From Lingula anatina (lineage: Eukaryota > Animalia > Brachiopoda): a stretch of 64,000 bases of DNA. The translations under genes and the position numbers were made by a program. The stretch lies in assembly GCA_051362555.1 (NCBI GenBank), contig CM120648.1, forward strand, positions 13,760,587-13,824,586. Direction: 5' to 3'. This document shows positions 35,752-50,700 of the stretch, in pieces (positions within the stretch are counted from its first letter, which is position 1; each line of letters begins with the position of its first letter). The notes beneath the pieces were generated by a model. The model was not told where the DNA came from. It saw only the letters and a list, made by a program, of their open reading frames with translations, and searched no databases.

Positions 35752-38700
35752 GTGGCTTCTTGGTTGACAGACTCTTCCTGTCTCTTTATGGCTAATGTCT
35801 ATAGAACAAAAAAGGCATTGAAAGACAACATCAGGAGCAGTGCTCTTTCTCATCCATGTGTGCAATACATGATATGTGGCAAGATTAAGGACATGGTCAA
35901 ATGGTGTGCTAACAGTCCGATTCCAGAAACCCACTGTAAGGATGAGTCTGCATCTGGTATTGGTAGTAAGGAGAAGTCTTGATTGGGTATATGTTGTTTT
36001 TCAGAGAACAATAATAGGTTATTAACCACTTCCTACACAAACCAACACAAGTCATCACATATATTGTTTTATTTGAGATAAAATGATTTATTGTAATATT
36101 GAAATATTTGTTTTCGTAAGTTCCCACTCTTCTTATATGAATTGGCAATAAAATACATTTTAATTAAACACAGGGATGTGATAAGCTTTTCTCAGATTTT
36201 TATTGGTGTAAAGCATCATTTGTACAAATTTCACAAAGATTGGACCACATTTGTCCAAATTATTAACGTTTAACTATTTTGATCCATGGAATTTGCCATT
36301 GTTTTCAATGTAATTTTTAGTTTTTTCGAATATATTGTCCGAAAAATGGTTTTGATTACACACAGTCAACTGATAACCTTATCTCAGATTTTTATTGTTA
36401 TTAGGCATCATTTATACCAATTTCATAAACATTGTACCAGATTTGTGAAAATTATTAACATTTAACTATTTTATTCCATGGAATTTTTCCTTTTTCCAGG
36501 TAAACCTTCCATTGCAGCCTTGTGGCTTCTTGGTTGACAGACTCTTACTGTCTCTTTATGGCTAATGCCTATAGAAAAAAACAGGCATTGAAAGACAACA
36601 TCAGAAGCAGTGCTCTGTCTCATCCATGTGTGCAATACATGATATGTGGCAAGATTAAGGACATGGTCAAATGGTGTGCTAACAGTCCAATTCCAGAAAC
36701 CCACTGTAAGGATGAGTCTGCATCTGGTATTGGTAGTAAGGAGAAGTCTTGATTGGGTATATGTTGTTTTTCAGAGAACAATAATAGGTTATTAACCACT
36801 TCCTACACAAACCAACACAAGTCATCACATATATTGTTTTATTTGAGATAAAATGATTTATTGTAATATTGAAATATTTGTTTTCGTAAGTTCCCACTCT
36901 TCTTATATGAATTGGCAATAAAAAACATTTAAATTAAATACAGGGATGTGATAAGCTTTTCTCAGATTTTTATTGTTGTAAAGCATCATTTGTACAAATT
37001 TCACAAAGATTGGACCACATTTGTCCAAATTATTAACGTTTAACTATTTTGATCCATGGAATTTGCCATTGTTTTCAATGTAATTTTTAGTTTTCTCGAA
37101 TATATTGTCCGAAAAATGGTTTTGATTACACACAGTCAACTGATAACCTTATCTCAGATTTTTATTGTTATTAGGCATCATTTATACCAATTTCATAAAC
37201 ATTGTACCAGATTTGTGAAAATTATTAACATTTAACTATTTTATTCCATGGAATTTTTCCTTTTTCCAGGTAAACCTTCCATTGCAGCCTTGTGGCTTCT
37301 TGGTTGACAGACTCTTACTGTCTCTTTATGGCTAATGCCTATAGAAAAAAACAGGCATTGAAAGACAACATCAGAAGCAGTGCTCTGTCTCATCCATGTG
37401 TGCAATACATGATATGTGGCAAGATTAAGGACATGGTCAAATGGTGTGCTAACAGTCCGATTCCAGAAACCCACTGTAAGGATGAGTCTGCATCTGGTAT
37501 TGGTAGTAAGGAGAAGTCTTGATTGGGTGTATGTTGTTTTTCAGAGAACAATAATAGGTAATTTGCCAGTTCCTACACAAACAAACACAAGTCATCACAT
37601 TTGTTGTTTTATTAGAGATAAAATGATTTATTGAAATATTGAAATATTTGTTTTTCGTAAGTTCTCACTCTTCTGATATGAATTGGTAATAAAATACACT
37701 TCAATTAAACACAGGGATGTGATAAGCTTTTCTCAGATTTTTATTGTTGTAAAGCATCATTTGTACAAATTTCACAAAGATTGGACCACATTTGTCCAAA
37801 TTATTAACGTTTAACTATTTTGATCCATGGAATTTGCCATTGTTTTCAATGTAATTTTTAGTTTTCTCGAATATATTGTCTGAAAAATGGTTTTGATTAC
37901 ACACAGTCAACTGATAATCTTATCTCAGATTTTTATTGTTATTAGGCATCATTTATACCAATTTCACAAACATTGGACCAGATTTGTGAAAATTATTAAC
38001 ATTTAACTATTTTATTCCATGGAATTTTTCCTTTTTCCAGGTAAACCTTCCATTGCAGCCTTGTGGCTTCTTGGTTGACAGACTCTTCCTGTCTCTTTAT
38101 GGCTAATGTCTATAGAACAAAAAAGGCATTGAAAGACAACATCAGGAGCAGTGCTCTTTCTCATCCATGTGTGCAATACATGATATGTGGCAAGATTAAG
38201 GACATGGTCAAATGGTGTGCTAACAGTCCGATTCCAGAAACCCACTGTAAGGATGAGTCTGCATCTGGTATTGGTAGTAAGGAGAAGTCTTGATTGGGTA
38301 TATGTTGTTTTTCAGAGAACAATAATAGGTTATTAACCACTTCCTACACAAACCAACACAAGTCATCACATATATTGTTTTATTTGAGATAAAATGATTT
38401 ATTGTAATATTGAAATATTTGTTTTCGTAAGTTCCCACTCTTCTTATATGAATTGGCAATAAAATACATTTAAATTAAACACAGGGATGTGATAAGCTTT
38501 TCTCAGATTTTTATTGTTGTAAAGCATCATTTGTACAAATTTCACAAAGATTGGACCACATTTGTCCAAATTATTAACGTTTAACTATTTTGATCCATGG
38601 AATTTGCCATTGTTTTCAATGTAATTTTTAGTTTTTTCGAATATATTGTCCGAAAAATGGTTTTGATTACACACAGTCAACTGATAACCTTATCTCAGAT

Positions 38701-41700
38701 TTTTATTGTTATTAGGCATCATTTATACCAATTTCATAAACATTGTACCAGATTTGTGAAAATTATTAACATTTAACTATTTTATTCCATGGAATTTTTC
38801 CTTTTTCCAGGTAAACCTTCCATTGCAGCCTTGTGGCTTCTTGGTTGACAGACTCTTACTGTCTCTTTATGGCTAATGCCTATAGAAAAAAACAGGCATT
38901 GAAAGACAACATCAGAAGCAGTGCTCTGTCTCATCCATGTGTGCAATACATGATATGTGGCAAGATTAAGGACATGGTCAAATGGTGTGCTAACAGTCCA
39001 ATTCCAGAAACCCACTGTAAGGATGAGTCTGCATCTGGTATTGGTAGTAAGGAGAAGTCTTGATTGGGTATATGTTGTTTTTCAGAGAACAATAATAGGT
39101 TATTAACCACTTCCTACACAAACCTACACAAGTCATCACATATATTGTTTTATTTGAGATAAAATGATTTATTGTAATATTGAAATATTTGTTTTCGTAA
39201 GTTCCCACTCTTCTTATATGAATTGGCAATAAAATACATTTAAATTAAATACAGGGATGTGATAAGCTTTTCTCAGATTTTTATTGTTGTAAAGCATCAT
39301 TTGTACTAATTTCACAAAGATTGGACCACATTTGTCCAAATTATTAACGTTTAACTATTTTGATCCATGGAATTTGCCATTGTTTTCAATGTAATTTTTA
39401 GTTTTTTCGAATATATTGTCCGAAAAATGGTTTTGATTACACACAGTCAACTGATAACCTTATCTCAGATTTTTATTGTTATTAGGCATCATTTATACCA
39501 ATTTCATAAACATTGTACCAGATTTGTGAAAATTATTAACATTTAACTATTTTATTCCATGGAATTTTTCCTTTTTCCAGGTAAACCTTCCATTGCAGCC
39601 TTGTGGCTTCTTGGTTGACAGACTCTTCCTGTCTCTTTATGGCTAATGTCTATAGAACAAAAAAGGCATTGAAAGACAACATCAGGAGCAGTGCTCTTTC
39701 TCATCCATGTGTGCAATACATGATATGTGGCAAGATTAAGGACATGGTCAAATGGTGTGCTTACAGTCCAATTCCAGAAACCCACTGTAAGGATGAGTCT
39801 GCATCTGGTATTGGTAGTAAGGAGAAGTCTTGATTGGGTATATGTTGTTTTTCAGAGAACAATAATAGGTAATTTGCCACTTCCTACACAAACCAACACA
39901 AGTCATCACATATGTTGTTTTATTTGAGATAAAATGCTTTATTGGAATATTGAAATATTTGTTTTCGTAAGTTCCCACTCTTCTCATATGAATTGGCAAT
40001 TAAATACATTTAAATTAAACACAGGGATGTGATAGCCTTTTCTCAGATTTTTATTGTTGTAAAGCATCATTTGTACAAATTTCACAAAGATTGGACCACA
40101 TTTGTGCAAATTATTAACGTTTAACTATTTTGATCCATGGAATTTGTCATTGTTTTCAATGTAATTTTTAGTTTTCTCGAATATATTGTCTGAAAAATGG
40201 TTATGATTACACACAGTCAACTGATAATCTTATCTCAGATTTTTATTGTTTTTAGGCATCATTTATACCAATTTCATAAACATTGGACCAGATTTGTGAA
40301 AATTATTAACATTTAACTATTTTATTCCATGGAATTTTTCCTTTTTCCAGGTAAACCTTCCATTGCAGCCTTGTGGCTTCTTGGTTGACAGACTCTTCCT
40401 GTCTCTTTATGGCTAATGTCTATAGAACAAAAAAGGCATTGAAAGACAACATCAGGAGCAGTGCTCTTTCTCATCCATGTGTGCAATACATGATATGTGG
40501 CAAGATTAAGGACATGGTCAAATGGTGTGCTAACAGTCCGATTCCAGAAACCCACTGTAAGGATGAGTCTGCATCTGGTATTGGTAGTAAGGAGAAGTCT
40601 TGATTGGGTATATGTTGTTTTTCAGAGAACAATAATAGGTAATTTGCCAGTTCCTACACAAACAAACACAAGTCATCACATTTGTTGTTTTATTTGAGAT
40701 ATAATGATTTATTGAAATATTGAAATATTTGTTTTTCGTAAGTTCTCACTCTTCTGAAATGAATTGGCAATAACATACACTTAGATTAAACACAGGGATG
40801 TGATAAGCTTTTCTCAGATTTTTATTATTGTAAAGCATCATTTGTACAAATTTCACAAAGATTGGACCACATTTGTCCAAATTATTAACGTTTAACTATT
40901 TTGATCCATGGAATTTGCCATTGTTTTCAATGTAATTTTTAGTTTTCTCGAATATATTGTCCGAAAAATGGTTTTGATTACACACAGTCAACTGATAACC
41001 TTATCTCAGATTTTTATTGTTATTAGGCATCATTTATACCAATTTCACAAACATTGGACCAGATTTGTGAAAATTATTAACATTTAACTATTTTATTCCA
41101 TGGAATTTTTCCTTTTTCCAGGTAAACCTTCCATTGCAGCCTTGTGGCTTCTTGGTTGACAGACTCTTACTGTCTCTTTATGGCTAATGCCTATAGAAAA
41201 AAACAGGCATTGAAAGACAACATCAGAAGCAGTGCTCTGTCTCATCCATGTGTGCAATACATGATATGTGGCAAGATTAAGGACATGGTCAAATGGTGTG
41301 CTAACAGTCCAATTCCAGAAACCCACTGTAAGGATGAGTCTGCATCTGGTATTGGTAGTAAGGAGAAGTCTTGATTGGGTATATGTTGTTTTTCAGAGAA
41401 CAATAATAGGTAATTTGCCAGTTCCTACACAAACAAACACAAGTCATCACATTTGTTGTTTTATTTGAGATATAATGATTTATTGAAATATTGAAATATT
41501 TGTTTTTCGTAAGTTCTCACTCTTCTGAAATGAATTGGCAATAACATACACTTAGATTAAACAAAGGGATGTGATAAGCTTTTCTCAGATTTTTATTATT
41601 GTAAAGCATCATTTGTACAAATTTCACAAAGATTGGACCACATTTGTCCAAATTATTAACGTTTAACTATTTTGATCCATGGAATTTGCCATTGTTTTCA

Positions 41701-44700
41701 ATGTAATTTTTAGTTTTCTCGCATATATTGTCCGAAAAATGGTTTTGATTACACACAGTCAACTGATAATCTTATCTCAGATTTTTATTGTTATTAGGTA
41801 TCATTTACACAAATTTCACAAACATTGGACCAGATTTGTGAAAATTATTAACATTTAACTATTTTATTCCATGGAATTTGCCCTTTTTCCAGGTAAACCT
41901 TCCATTGCAGCCTTGTGGCTTCTTGGTTGACAGACTCTTCCTGTCTCTTTATGGCTAATGTCTATAGAACAAAAAAGGCATTGAAAGACAACATCAGGAG
42001 CAGTGCTCTTTCTCATCCATGTGTGCAATACATGATATGTGGCAAGATTAAGGACATGGTCAAATGGTGTGCTTACAGTCCAATTCCAGAAACCCACTGT
42101 ATGGATGAGTCTGCATCTGGTATTGGTAGTAAGGAGAAGTCTTGATTGGGTATATGTTGTTTTTCAGAGAACAATAATAGGTAATTTGCCACAACCTACA
42201 CCAACCACATTTGTCCAAATTATTAATGTTTAACTATTTTGATCCATGGAATTTGCCATTGTTTCCAATGTAATTTTTAGTTTTCTCAAATATATTGTCC
42301 GAAAAATAATTTTGATTACACACTGTAAACTGATAATCTTATCTCAGATTTTTGTTGTTATTAGGCATCATTTATACCAATTTCACAAACATTGGACCAG
42401 ATTTGTGAAAATTATTAACATTTAACTATTTTATTCCATGGAATTTTTCCTTTTTCCAGGTAAACCTTCCATTGCAGCCTTGTGGCTTCTTGGTTGACAG
42501 ACTCTTCCTGTCTCTTTATGGCTAATGTCTATAGAACAAAAAAGGCATTGAAAGACAACATCAGGAGCAGTGCTCTTTCTCATCCATGTGTGCAATACAT
42601 GATATGTGGCAAGATTAAGGACATGGTCAAATGGTGTGCTAACAGTCCGATTCCAGAAACCCACTGTAAGGATGAGTCTGCATCTGGTATTGGTAGTAAG
42701 GAGAAGTCTTGATTGGGTATATGTTGTTTTTCAGAGAACAATAATAGGTTATTAACCACTTCCTACACAAACCAACACAAGTCATCACATATATTGTTTT
42801 ATTTGAGATAAAATGATTTATTGTAATATTGAAATATTTGTTTTCGTAAGTTCCCACTCTTCTTATATGAATTGGCAATAAAATACATTTAAATTAAACA
42901 CAGGGATGTGATAAGCTTTTCTCAGATTTTTATTGGTGTAAAGCATCATTTGTACAAATTTCACAAAGATTGGACCACATTTGTCCAAATTATTAACGTT
43001 TAACTATTTTGATCCATGGAATTTGCCATTGTTTTCAATGTAATTTTTAGTTTTTTCGAATATATTGTCCGAAAAATGGTTTTGATTACACACAGTCAAC
43101 TGATAACCTTATCTCAGATTTTTATTGTTATTAGGCATCATTTATACCAATTTCATAAACATTGTACCAGATTTGTGAAAATTATTAACATTTAACTATT
43201 TTATTCCATGGAATTTTTCCTTTTTCCAGGTAAACCTTCCATTGCAGCCTTGTGGCTTCTTGGTTGACAGACTCTTACTGTCTCTTTATGGCTAATGCCT
43301 ATAGAAAAAAACAGGCATTGAAAGACAACATCAGAAGCAGTGCTCTGTCTCATCCATGTGTGCAATACATGATATGTGGCAAGATTAAGGACATGGTCAA
43401 ATGGTGTGCTAACAGTCCAATTCCAGAAACCCACTGTAAGGATGAGTCTGCATCTGGTATTGGTAGTAAGGAGAAGTCTTGATTGGGTATATGTTGTTTT
43501 TCAGAGAACAATAATAGGTTATTAACCACTTCCTACACAAACCAACACAAGTCATCACATATATTGTTTTATTTGAGATAAAATGATTTATTGTAATATT
43601 GAAATATTTGTTTTCGTAAGTTCCCACTCTTCTTATATGAATTGGCAATAAAAAACATTTAAATTAAATACAGGGATGTGATAAGCTTTTCTCAGATTTT
43701 TATTGTTGTAAAGCATCATTTGTACAAATTTCACAAAGATTGGACCACATTTGTCCAAATTATTAACGTTTAACTATTTTGATCCATGGAATTTGCCATT
43801 GTTTTCAATGTAATTTTTAGTTTTCTCGAATATATTGTCCGAAAAATGGTTTTGATTACACACAGTCAACTGATAACCTTATCTCAGATTTTTATTGTTA
43901 TTAGGCATCATTTATACCAATTTCATAAACATTGTACCAGATTTGTGAAAATTATTAACATTTAACTATTTTATTCCATGGAATTTTTCCTTTTTCCAGG
44001 TAAACCTTCCATTGCAGCCTTGTGGCTTCTTGGTTGACAGACTCTTACTGTCTCTTTATGGCTAATGCCTATAGAAAAAAACAGGCATTGAAAGACAACA
44101 TCAGAAGCAGTGCTCTGTCTCATCCATGTGTGCAATACATGATATGTGGCAAGATTAAGGACATGGTCAAATGGTGTGCTAACAGTCCGATTCCAGAAAC
44201 CCACTGTAAGGATGAGTCTGCATCTGGTATTGGTAGTAAGGAGAAGTCTTGATTGGGTGTATGTTGTTTTTCAGAGAACAATAATAGGTAATTTGCCAGT
44301 TCCTACACAAACAAACACAAGTCATCACATTTGTTGTTTTATTAGAGATAAAATGATTTATTGAAATATTGAAATATTTGTTTTTCGTAAGTTCTCACTC
44401 TTCTGATATGAATTGGTAATAAAATACACTTCAATTAAACACAGGGATGTGATAAGCTTTTCTCAGATTTTTATTATTGTAAAGCATCATTTGTACAAAT
44501 TTCACAAAGATTGGACCACATTTGTCCAAATTATTAACGTTTAACTATTTTGATCCATGGAATTTGCCATTGTTTTCAATGTAATTTTTAGTTTTCTCGA
44601 ATATATTGTCTGAAAAATGGTTTTGATTACACACAGTCAACTGATAATCTTATCTCAGATTTTTATTGTTATTAGGCATCATTTATACCAATTTCACAAA

Positions 44701-47700
44701 CATTGGACCAGATTTGTGAAAATTATTAACATTTAACTATTTTATTCCATGGAATTTTTCCTTTTTCCAGGTAAACCTTCCATTGCAGCCTTGTGGCTTC
44801 TTGGTTGACAGACTCTTCCTGTCTCTTTATGGCTAATGTCTATAGAACAAAAAAGGCATTGAAAGACAACATCAGGAGCAGTGCTCTTTCTCATCCATGT
44901 GTGCAATACATGATATGTGGCAAGATTAAGGACATGGTCAAATGGTGTGCTAACAGTCCGATTCCAGAAACCCACTGTAAGGATGAGTCTGCATCTGGTA
45001 TTGGTAGTAAGGAGAAGTCTTGATTGGGTATATGTTGTTTTTCAGAGAACAATAATAGGTTATTAACCACTTCCTACACAAACCAACACAAGTCATCACA
45101 TATATTGTTTTATTTGAGATAAAATGATTTATTGTAATATTGAAATATTTGTTTTCGTAAGTTCCCACTCTTCTTATATGAATTGGCAATAAAATACATT
45201 TAAATTAAACACAGGGATGTGATAAGCTTTTCTCAGATTTTTATTGTTGTAAAGCATCATTTGTACAAATTTCACAAAGATTGGACCACATTTGTCCAAA
45301 TTATTAACGTTTAACTATTTTGATCCATGGAATTTGCCATTGTTTTCAATGTAATTTTTAGTTTTTTCGAATATATTGTCCGAAAAATGGTTTTGATTAC
45401 ACACAGTCAACTGATAACCTTATCTCAGATTTTTATTGTTATTAGGCATCATTTATACCAATTTCATAAACATTGTACCAGATTTGTGAAAATTATTAAC
45501 ATTTAACTATTTTATTCCATGGAATTTTTCCTTTTTCCAGGTAAACCTTCCATTGCAGCCTTGTGGCTTCTTGGTTGACAGACTCTTACTGTCTCTTTAT
45601 GGCTAATGCCTATAGAAAAAAACAGGCATTGAAAGACAACATCAGAAGCAGTGCTCTGTCTCATCCATGTGTGCAATACATGATATGTGGCAAGATTAAG
45701 GACATGGTCAAATGGTGTGCTAACAGTCCAATTCCAGAAACCCACTGTAAGGATGAGTCTGCATCTGGTATTGGTAGTAAGGAGAAGTCTTGATTGGGTA
45801 TATGTTGTTTTTCAGAGAACAATAATAGGTTATTAACCACTTCCTACACAAACCAACACAAGTCATCACATATATTGTTTTATTTGAGATAAAATGATTT
45901 ATTGTAATATTGAAATATTTGTTTTCGTAAGTTCCCACTCTTCTTATATGAATTGGCAATAAAATACATTTAAATTAAATACAGGGATGTGATAAGCTTT
46001 TCTCAGATTTTTATTGTTGTAAAGCATCATTTGTACTAATTTCACAAAGATTGGACCACATTTGTCCAAATTATTAACGTTTAACTATTTTGATCCATGG
46101 AATTTGCCATTGTTTTCAATGTAATTTTTAGTTTTTTCGAATATATTGTCCGAAAAATGGTTTTGATTACACACAGTCAACTGATAACCTTATCTCAGAT
46201 TTTTATTGTTATTAGGCATCATTTATACCAATTTCATAAACATTGTACCAGATTTGTGAAAATTATTAACATTTAACTATTTTATTCCATGGAATTTTTC
46301 CTTTTTCCAGGTAAACCTTCCATTGCAGCCTTGTGGCTTCTTGGTTGACAGACTCTTCCTGTCTCTTTATGGCTAATGTCTATAGAACAAAAAAGACATT
46401 GAAAGACAACATCAGGAGCAGTGCTCTTTCTCATCCATGTGTGCAATACATGATATGTGGCAAGATTAAGGACATGGTCAAATGGTGTGCTTACAGTCCA
46501 ATTCCAGAAACCCACTGTAAGGATGAGTCTGCATCTGGTATTGGTAGTAAGGAGAAGTCTTGATTGGGTATATGTTGTTTTTCAGATAACAATAATAGGT
46601 AATTTGCCACTTCCTACACAAACCAACACAAGTCATCACATATGTTGTTTTATTTGAGATAAAATGCTTTATTGGAATATTGAAATATTTGTTTTCGTAA
46701 GTTCCCACTCTTCTCATATGAATTGGCAATAAAATACATTTAAATTAAACACAGGGATGTGATAGCCTTTTCTCAGATTTTTATTGTTGTAAAGCATCAT
46801 TTGTACAAATTTCACAAAGATTGGACCACATTTGTGCAAATTATTAACGTTTAACTATTTTGATCCATGGAATTTGTCATTGTTTTCAATGTAATTTTTA
46901 GTTTTCTCGAATATATTGTCTGAAAAATGGTTATGATTACACACAGTCAACTGATAATCTTATCTCAGATTTTTATTGTTTTTAGGCATCATTTATACCA
47001 ATTTCATAAACATTGGACCAGATTTGTGAAAATTATTAACATTTAACTATTTTATTCCATGGAATTTTTCCTTTTTCCAGGTAAACCTTCCATTGCAGCC
47101 TTGTGGCTTCTTGGTTGACAGACTCTTCCTGTCTCTTTATGGCTAATGTCTATAGAACAAAAAAGGCATTGAAAGACAACATCAGGAGCAGTGCTCTTTC
47201 TCATCCATGTGTGCAATACATGATATGTGGCAAGATTAAGGACATGGTCAAATGGTGTGCTAACAGTCCGATTCCAGAAACCCACTGTAAGGATGAGTCT
47301 GCATCTGGTATTGGTAGTAAGGAGAAGTCTTGATTGGGTATATGTTGTTTTTCAGAGAACAATAATAGGTAATTTGCCAGTTCCTACACAAACAAACACA
47401 AGTCATCACATTTGTTGTTTTATTTGAGATATAATGATTTATTGAAATATTGAAATATTTGTTTTTCGTAAGTTCTCACTCTTCTGAAATGAATTGGCAA
47501 TAACATACACTTAGATTAAACACAGGGATGTGATAAGCTTTTCTCAGATTTTTATTATTGTAAAGCATCATTTGTACAAATTTCACAAAGATTGGACCAC
47601 ATTTGTCCAAATTATTAACGTTTAACTATTTTGATCCATGGAATTTGCCATTGTTTTCAATGTAATTTTTAGTTTTCTCGAATATATTGTCCGAAAAATG

Positions 47701-50700
47701 GTTTTGATTACACACAGTCAACTGATAACCTTATCTCAGATTTTTATTGTTATTAGGCATCATTTATACCAATTTCACAAACATTGGACCAGATTTGTGA
47801 AAATTATTAACATTTAACTATTTTATTCCATGGAATTTTTCCTTTTTCCAGGTAAACCTTCCATTGCAGCCTTGTGGCTTCTTGGTTGACAGACTCTTAC
47901 TGTCTCTTTATGGCTAATGCCTATAGAAAAAAACAGGCATTGAAAGACAACATCAGAAGCAGTGCTCTGTCTCATCCATGTGTGCAATACATGATATGTG
48001 GCAAGATTAAGGACATGGTCAAATGGTGTGCTAACAGTCCAATTCCAGAAACCCACTGTAAGGATGAGTCTGCATCTGGTATTGGTAGTAAGGAGAAGTC
48101 TTGATTGGGTATATGTTGTTTTTCAGAGAACAATAATAGGTAATTTGCCAGTTCCTACACAAACAAACACAAGTCATCACATTTGTTGTTTTATTTGAGA
48201 TATAATGATTTATTGAAATATTGAAATATTTGTTTTTCGTAAGTTCTCACTCTTCTGAAATGAATTGGCAATAACATACACTTAGATTAAACAAAGGGAT
48301 GTGATAAGCTTTTCTCAGATTTTTATTATTGTAAAGCATCATTTGTACAAATTTCACAAAGATTGGACCACATTTGTCCAAATTATTAACGTTTAACTAT
48401 TTTGATCCATGGAATTTGCCATTGTTTTCAATGTAATTTTTAGTTTTCTCGCATATATTGTCCGAAAAATGGTTTTGATTACACACAGTCAACTGATAAT
48501 CTTATCTCAGATTTTTATTGTTATTAGGTATCATTTACACAAATTTCACAAACATTGGACCAGATTTGTGAAAATTATTAACATTTAACTATTTTATTCC
48601 ATGGAATTTGCCCTTTTTCCAGGTAAACCTTCCATTGCAGCCTTGTGGCTTCTTGGTTGACAGACTCTTCCTGTCTCTTTATGGCTAATGTCTATAGAAC
48701 AAAAAAGGCATTGAAAGACAACATCAGGAGCAGTGCTCTTTCTCATCCATGTGTGCAATACATGATATGTGGCAAGATTAAGGACATGGTCAAATGGTGT
48801 GCTTACAGTCCAATTCCAGAAACCCACTGTATGGATGAGTCTGCATCTGGTATTGGTAGTAAGGAGAAGTCTTGATTGGGTATATGTTGTTTTTCAGAGA
48901 ACAATAATAGGTAATTTGCCACAACCTACACCAACCACATTTGTCCAAATTATTAATGTTTAACTATTTTGATCCATGGAATTTGCCATTGTTTCCAATG
49001 TAATTTTTAGTTTTCTCAAATATATTGTCCGAAAAATAATTTTGATTACACACTGTAAACTGATAATCTTATCTCAGATTTTTGTTGTTATTAGGCATCA
49101 TTTATACCAATTTCACAAACATTGGACCAGATTTGTGAAAATTATTAACATTTAACTATTTTATTCCATGGAATTTTTCCTTTTTCCAGGTAAACCTTCC
49201 ATTGCAGCCTTGTGGCTTCTTGGTTGACAGACTCTTCCTGTCTCTTTATGGCTAATGTCTATAGAACAAAAAAGGCATTGAAAGACAACATCAGGAGCAG
49301 TGCTCTTTCTCATCCATGTGTGCAATACATGATATGTGGCAAGATTAAGGACATGGTCAAATGGTGTGCTAACAGTCCGATTCCAGAAACCCACTGTAAG
49401 GATGAGTCTGCATCTGGTATTGGTAGTAAGGAGAAGTCTTGATTGGGTATATGTTGTTTTTCAGAGAACAATAATAGGTTATTAACCACTTCCTACACAA
49501 ACCAACACAAGTCATCACATATATTGTTTTATTTGAGATAAAATGATTTATTGTAATATTGAAATATTTGTTTTCGTAAGTTCCCACTCTTCTTATATGA
49601 ATTGGCAATAAAATACATTTAAATTAAACACAGGGATGTGATAAGCTTTTCTCAGATTTTTATTGGTGTAAAGCATCATTTGTACAAATTTCACAAAGAT
49701 TGGACCACATTTGTCCAAATTATTAACGTTTAACTATTTTGATCCATGGAATTTGCCATTGTTTTCAATGTAATTTTTAGTTTTTTCGAATATATTGTCC
49801 GAAAAATGGTTTTGATTACACACAGTCAACTGATAACCTTATCTCAGATTTTTATTGTTATTAGGCATCATTTATACCAATTTCATAAACATTGTACCAG
49901 ATTTGTGAAAATTATTAACATTTAACTATTTTATTCCATGGAATTTTTCCTTTTTCCAGGTAAACCTTCCATTGCAGCCTTGTGGCTTCTTGGTTGACAG
50001 ACTCTTACTGTCTCTTTATGGCTAATGCCTATAGAAAAAAACAGGCATTGAAAGACAACATCAGAAGCAGTGCTCTGTCTCATCCATGTGTGCAATACAT
50101 GATATGTGGCAAGATTAAGGACATGGTCAAATGGTGTGCTAACAGTCCAATTCCAGAAACCCACTGTAAGGATGAGTCTGCATCTGGTATTGGTAGTAAG
50201 GAGAAGTCTTGATTGGGTATATGTTGTTTTTCAGAGAACAATAATAGGTTATTAACCACTTCCTACACAAACCAACACAAGTCATCACATATATTGTTTT
50301 ATTTGAGATAAAATGATTTATTGTAATATTGAAATATTTGTTTTCGTAAGTTCCCACTCTTCTTATATGAATTGGCAATAAAAAACATTTAAATTAAATA
50401 CAGGGATGTGATAAGCTTTTCTCAGATTTTTATTGTTGTAAAGCATCATTTGTACAAATTTCACAAAGATTGGACCACATTTGTCCAAATTATTAACGTT
50501 TAACTATTTTGATCCATGGAATTTGCCATTGTTTTCAATGTAATTTTTAGTTTTCTCGAATATATTGTCCGAAAAATGGTTTTGATTACACACAGTCAAC
50601 TGATAACCTTATCTCAGATTTTTATTGTTATTAGGCATCATTTATACCAATTTCATAAACATTGTACCAGATTTGTGAAAATTATTAACATTTAACTATT

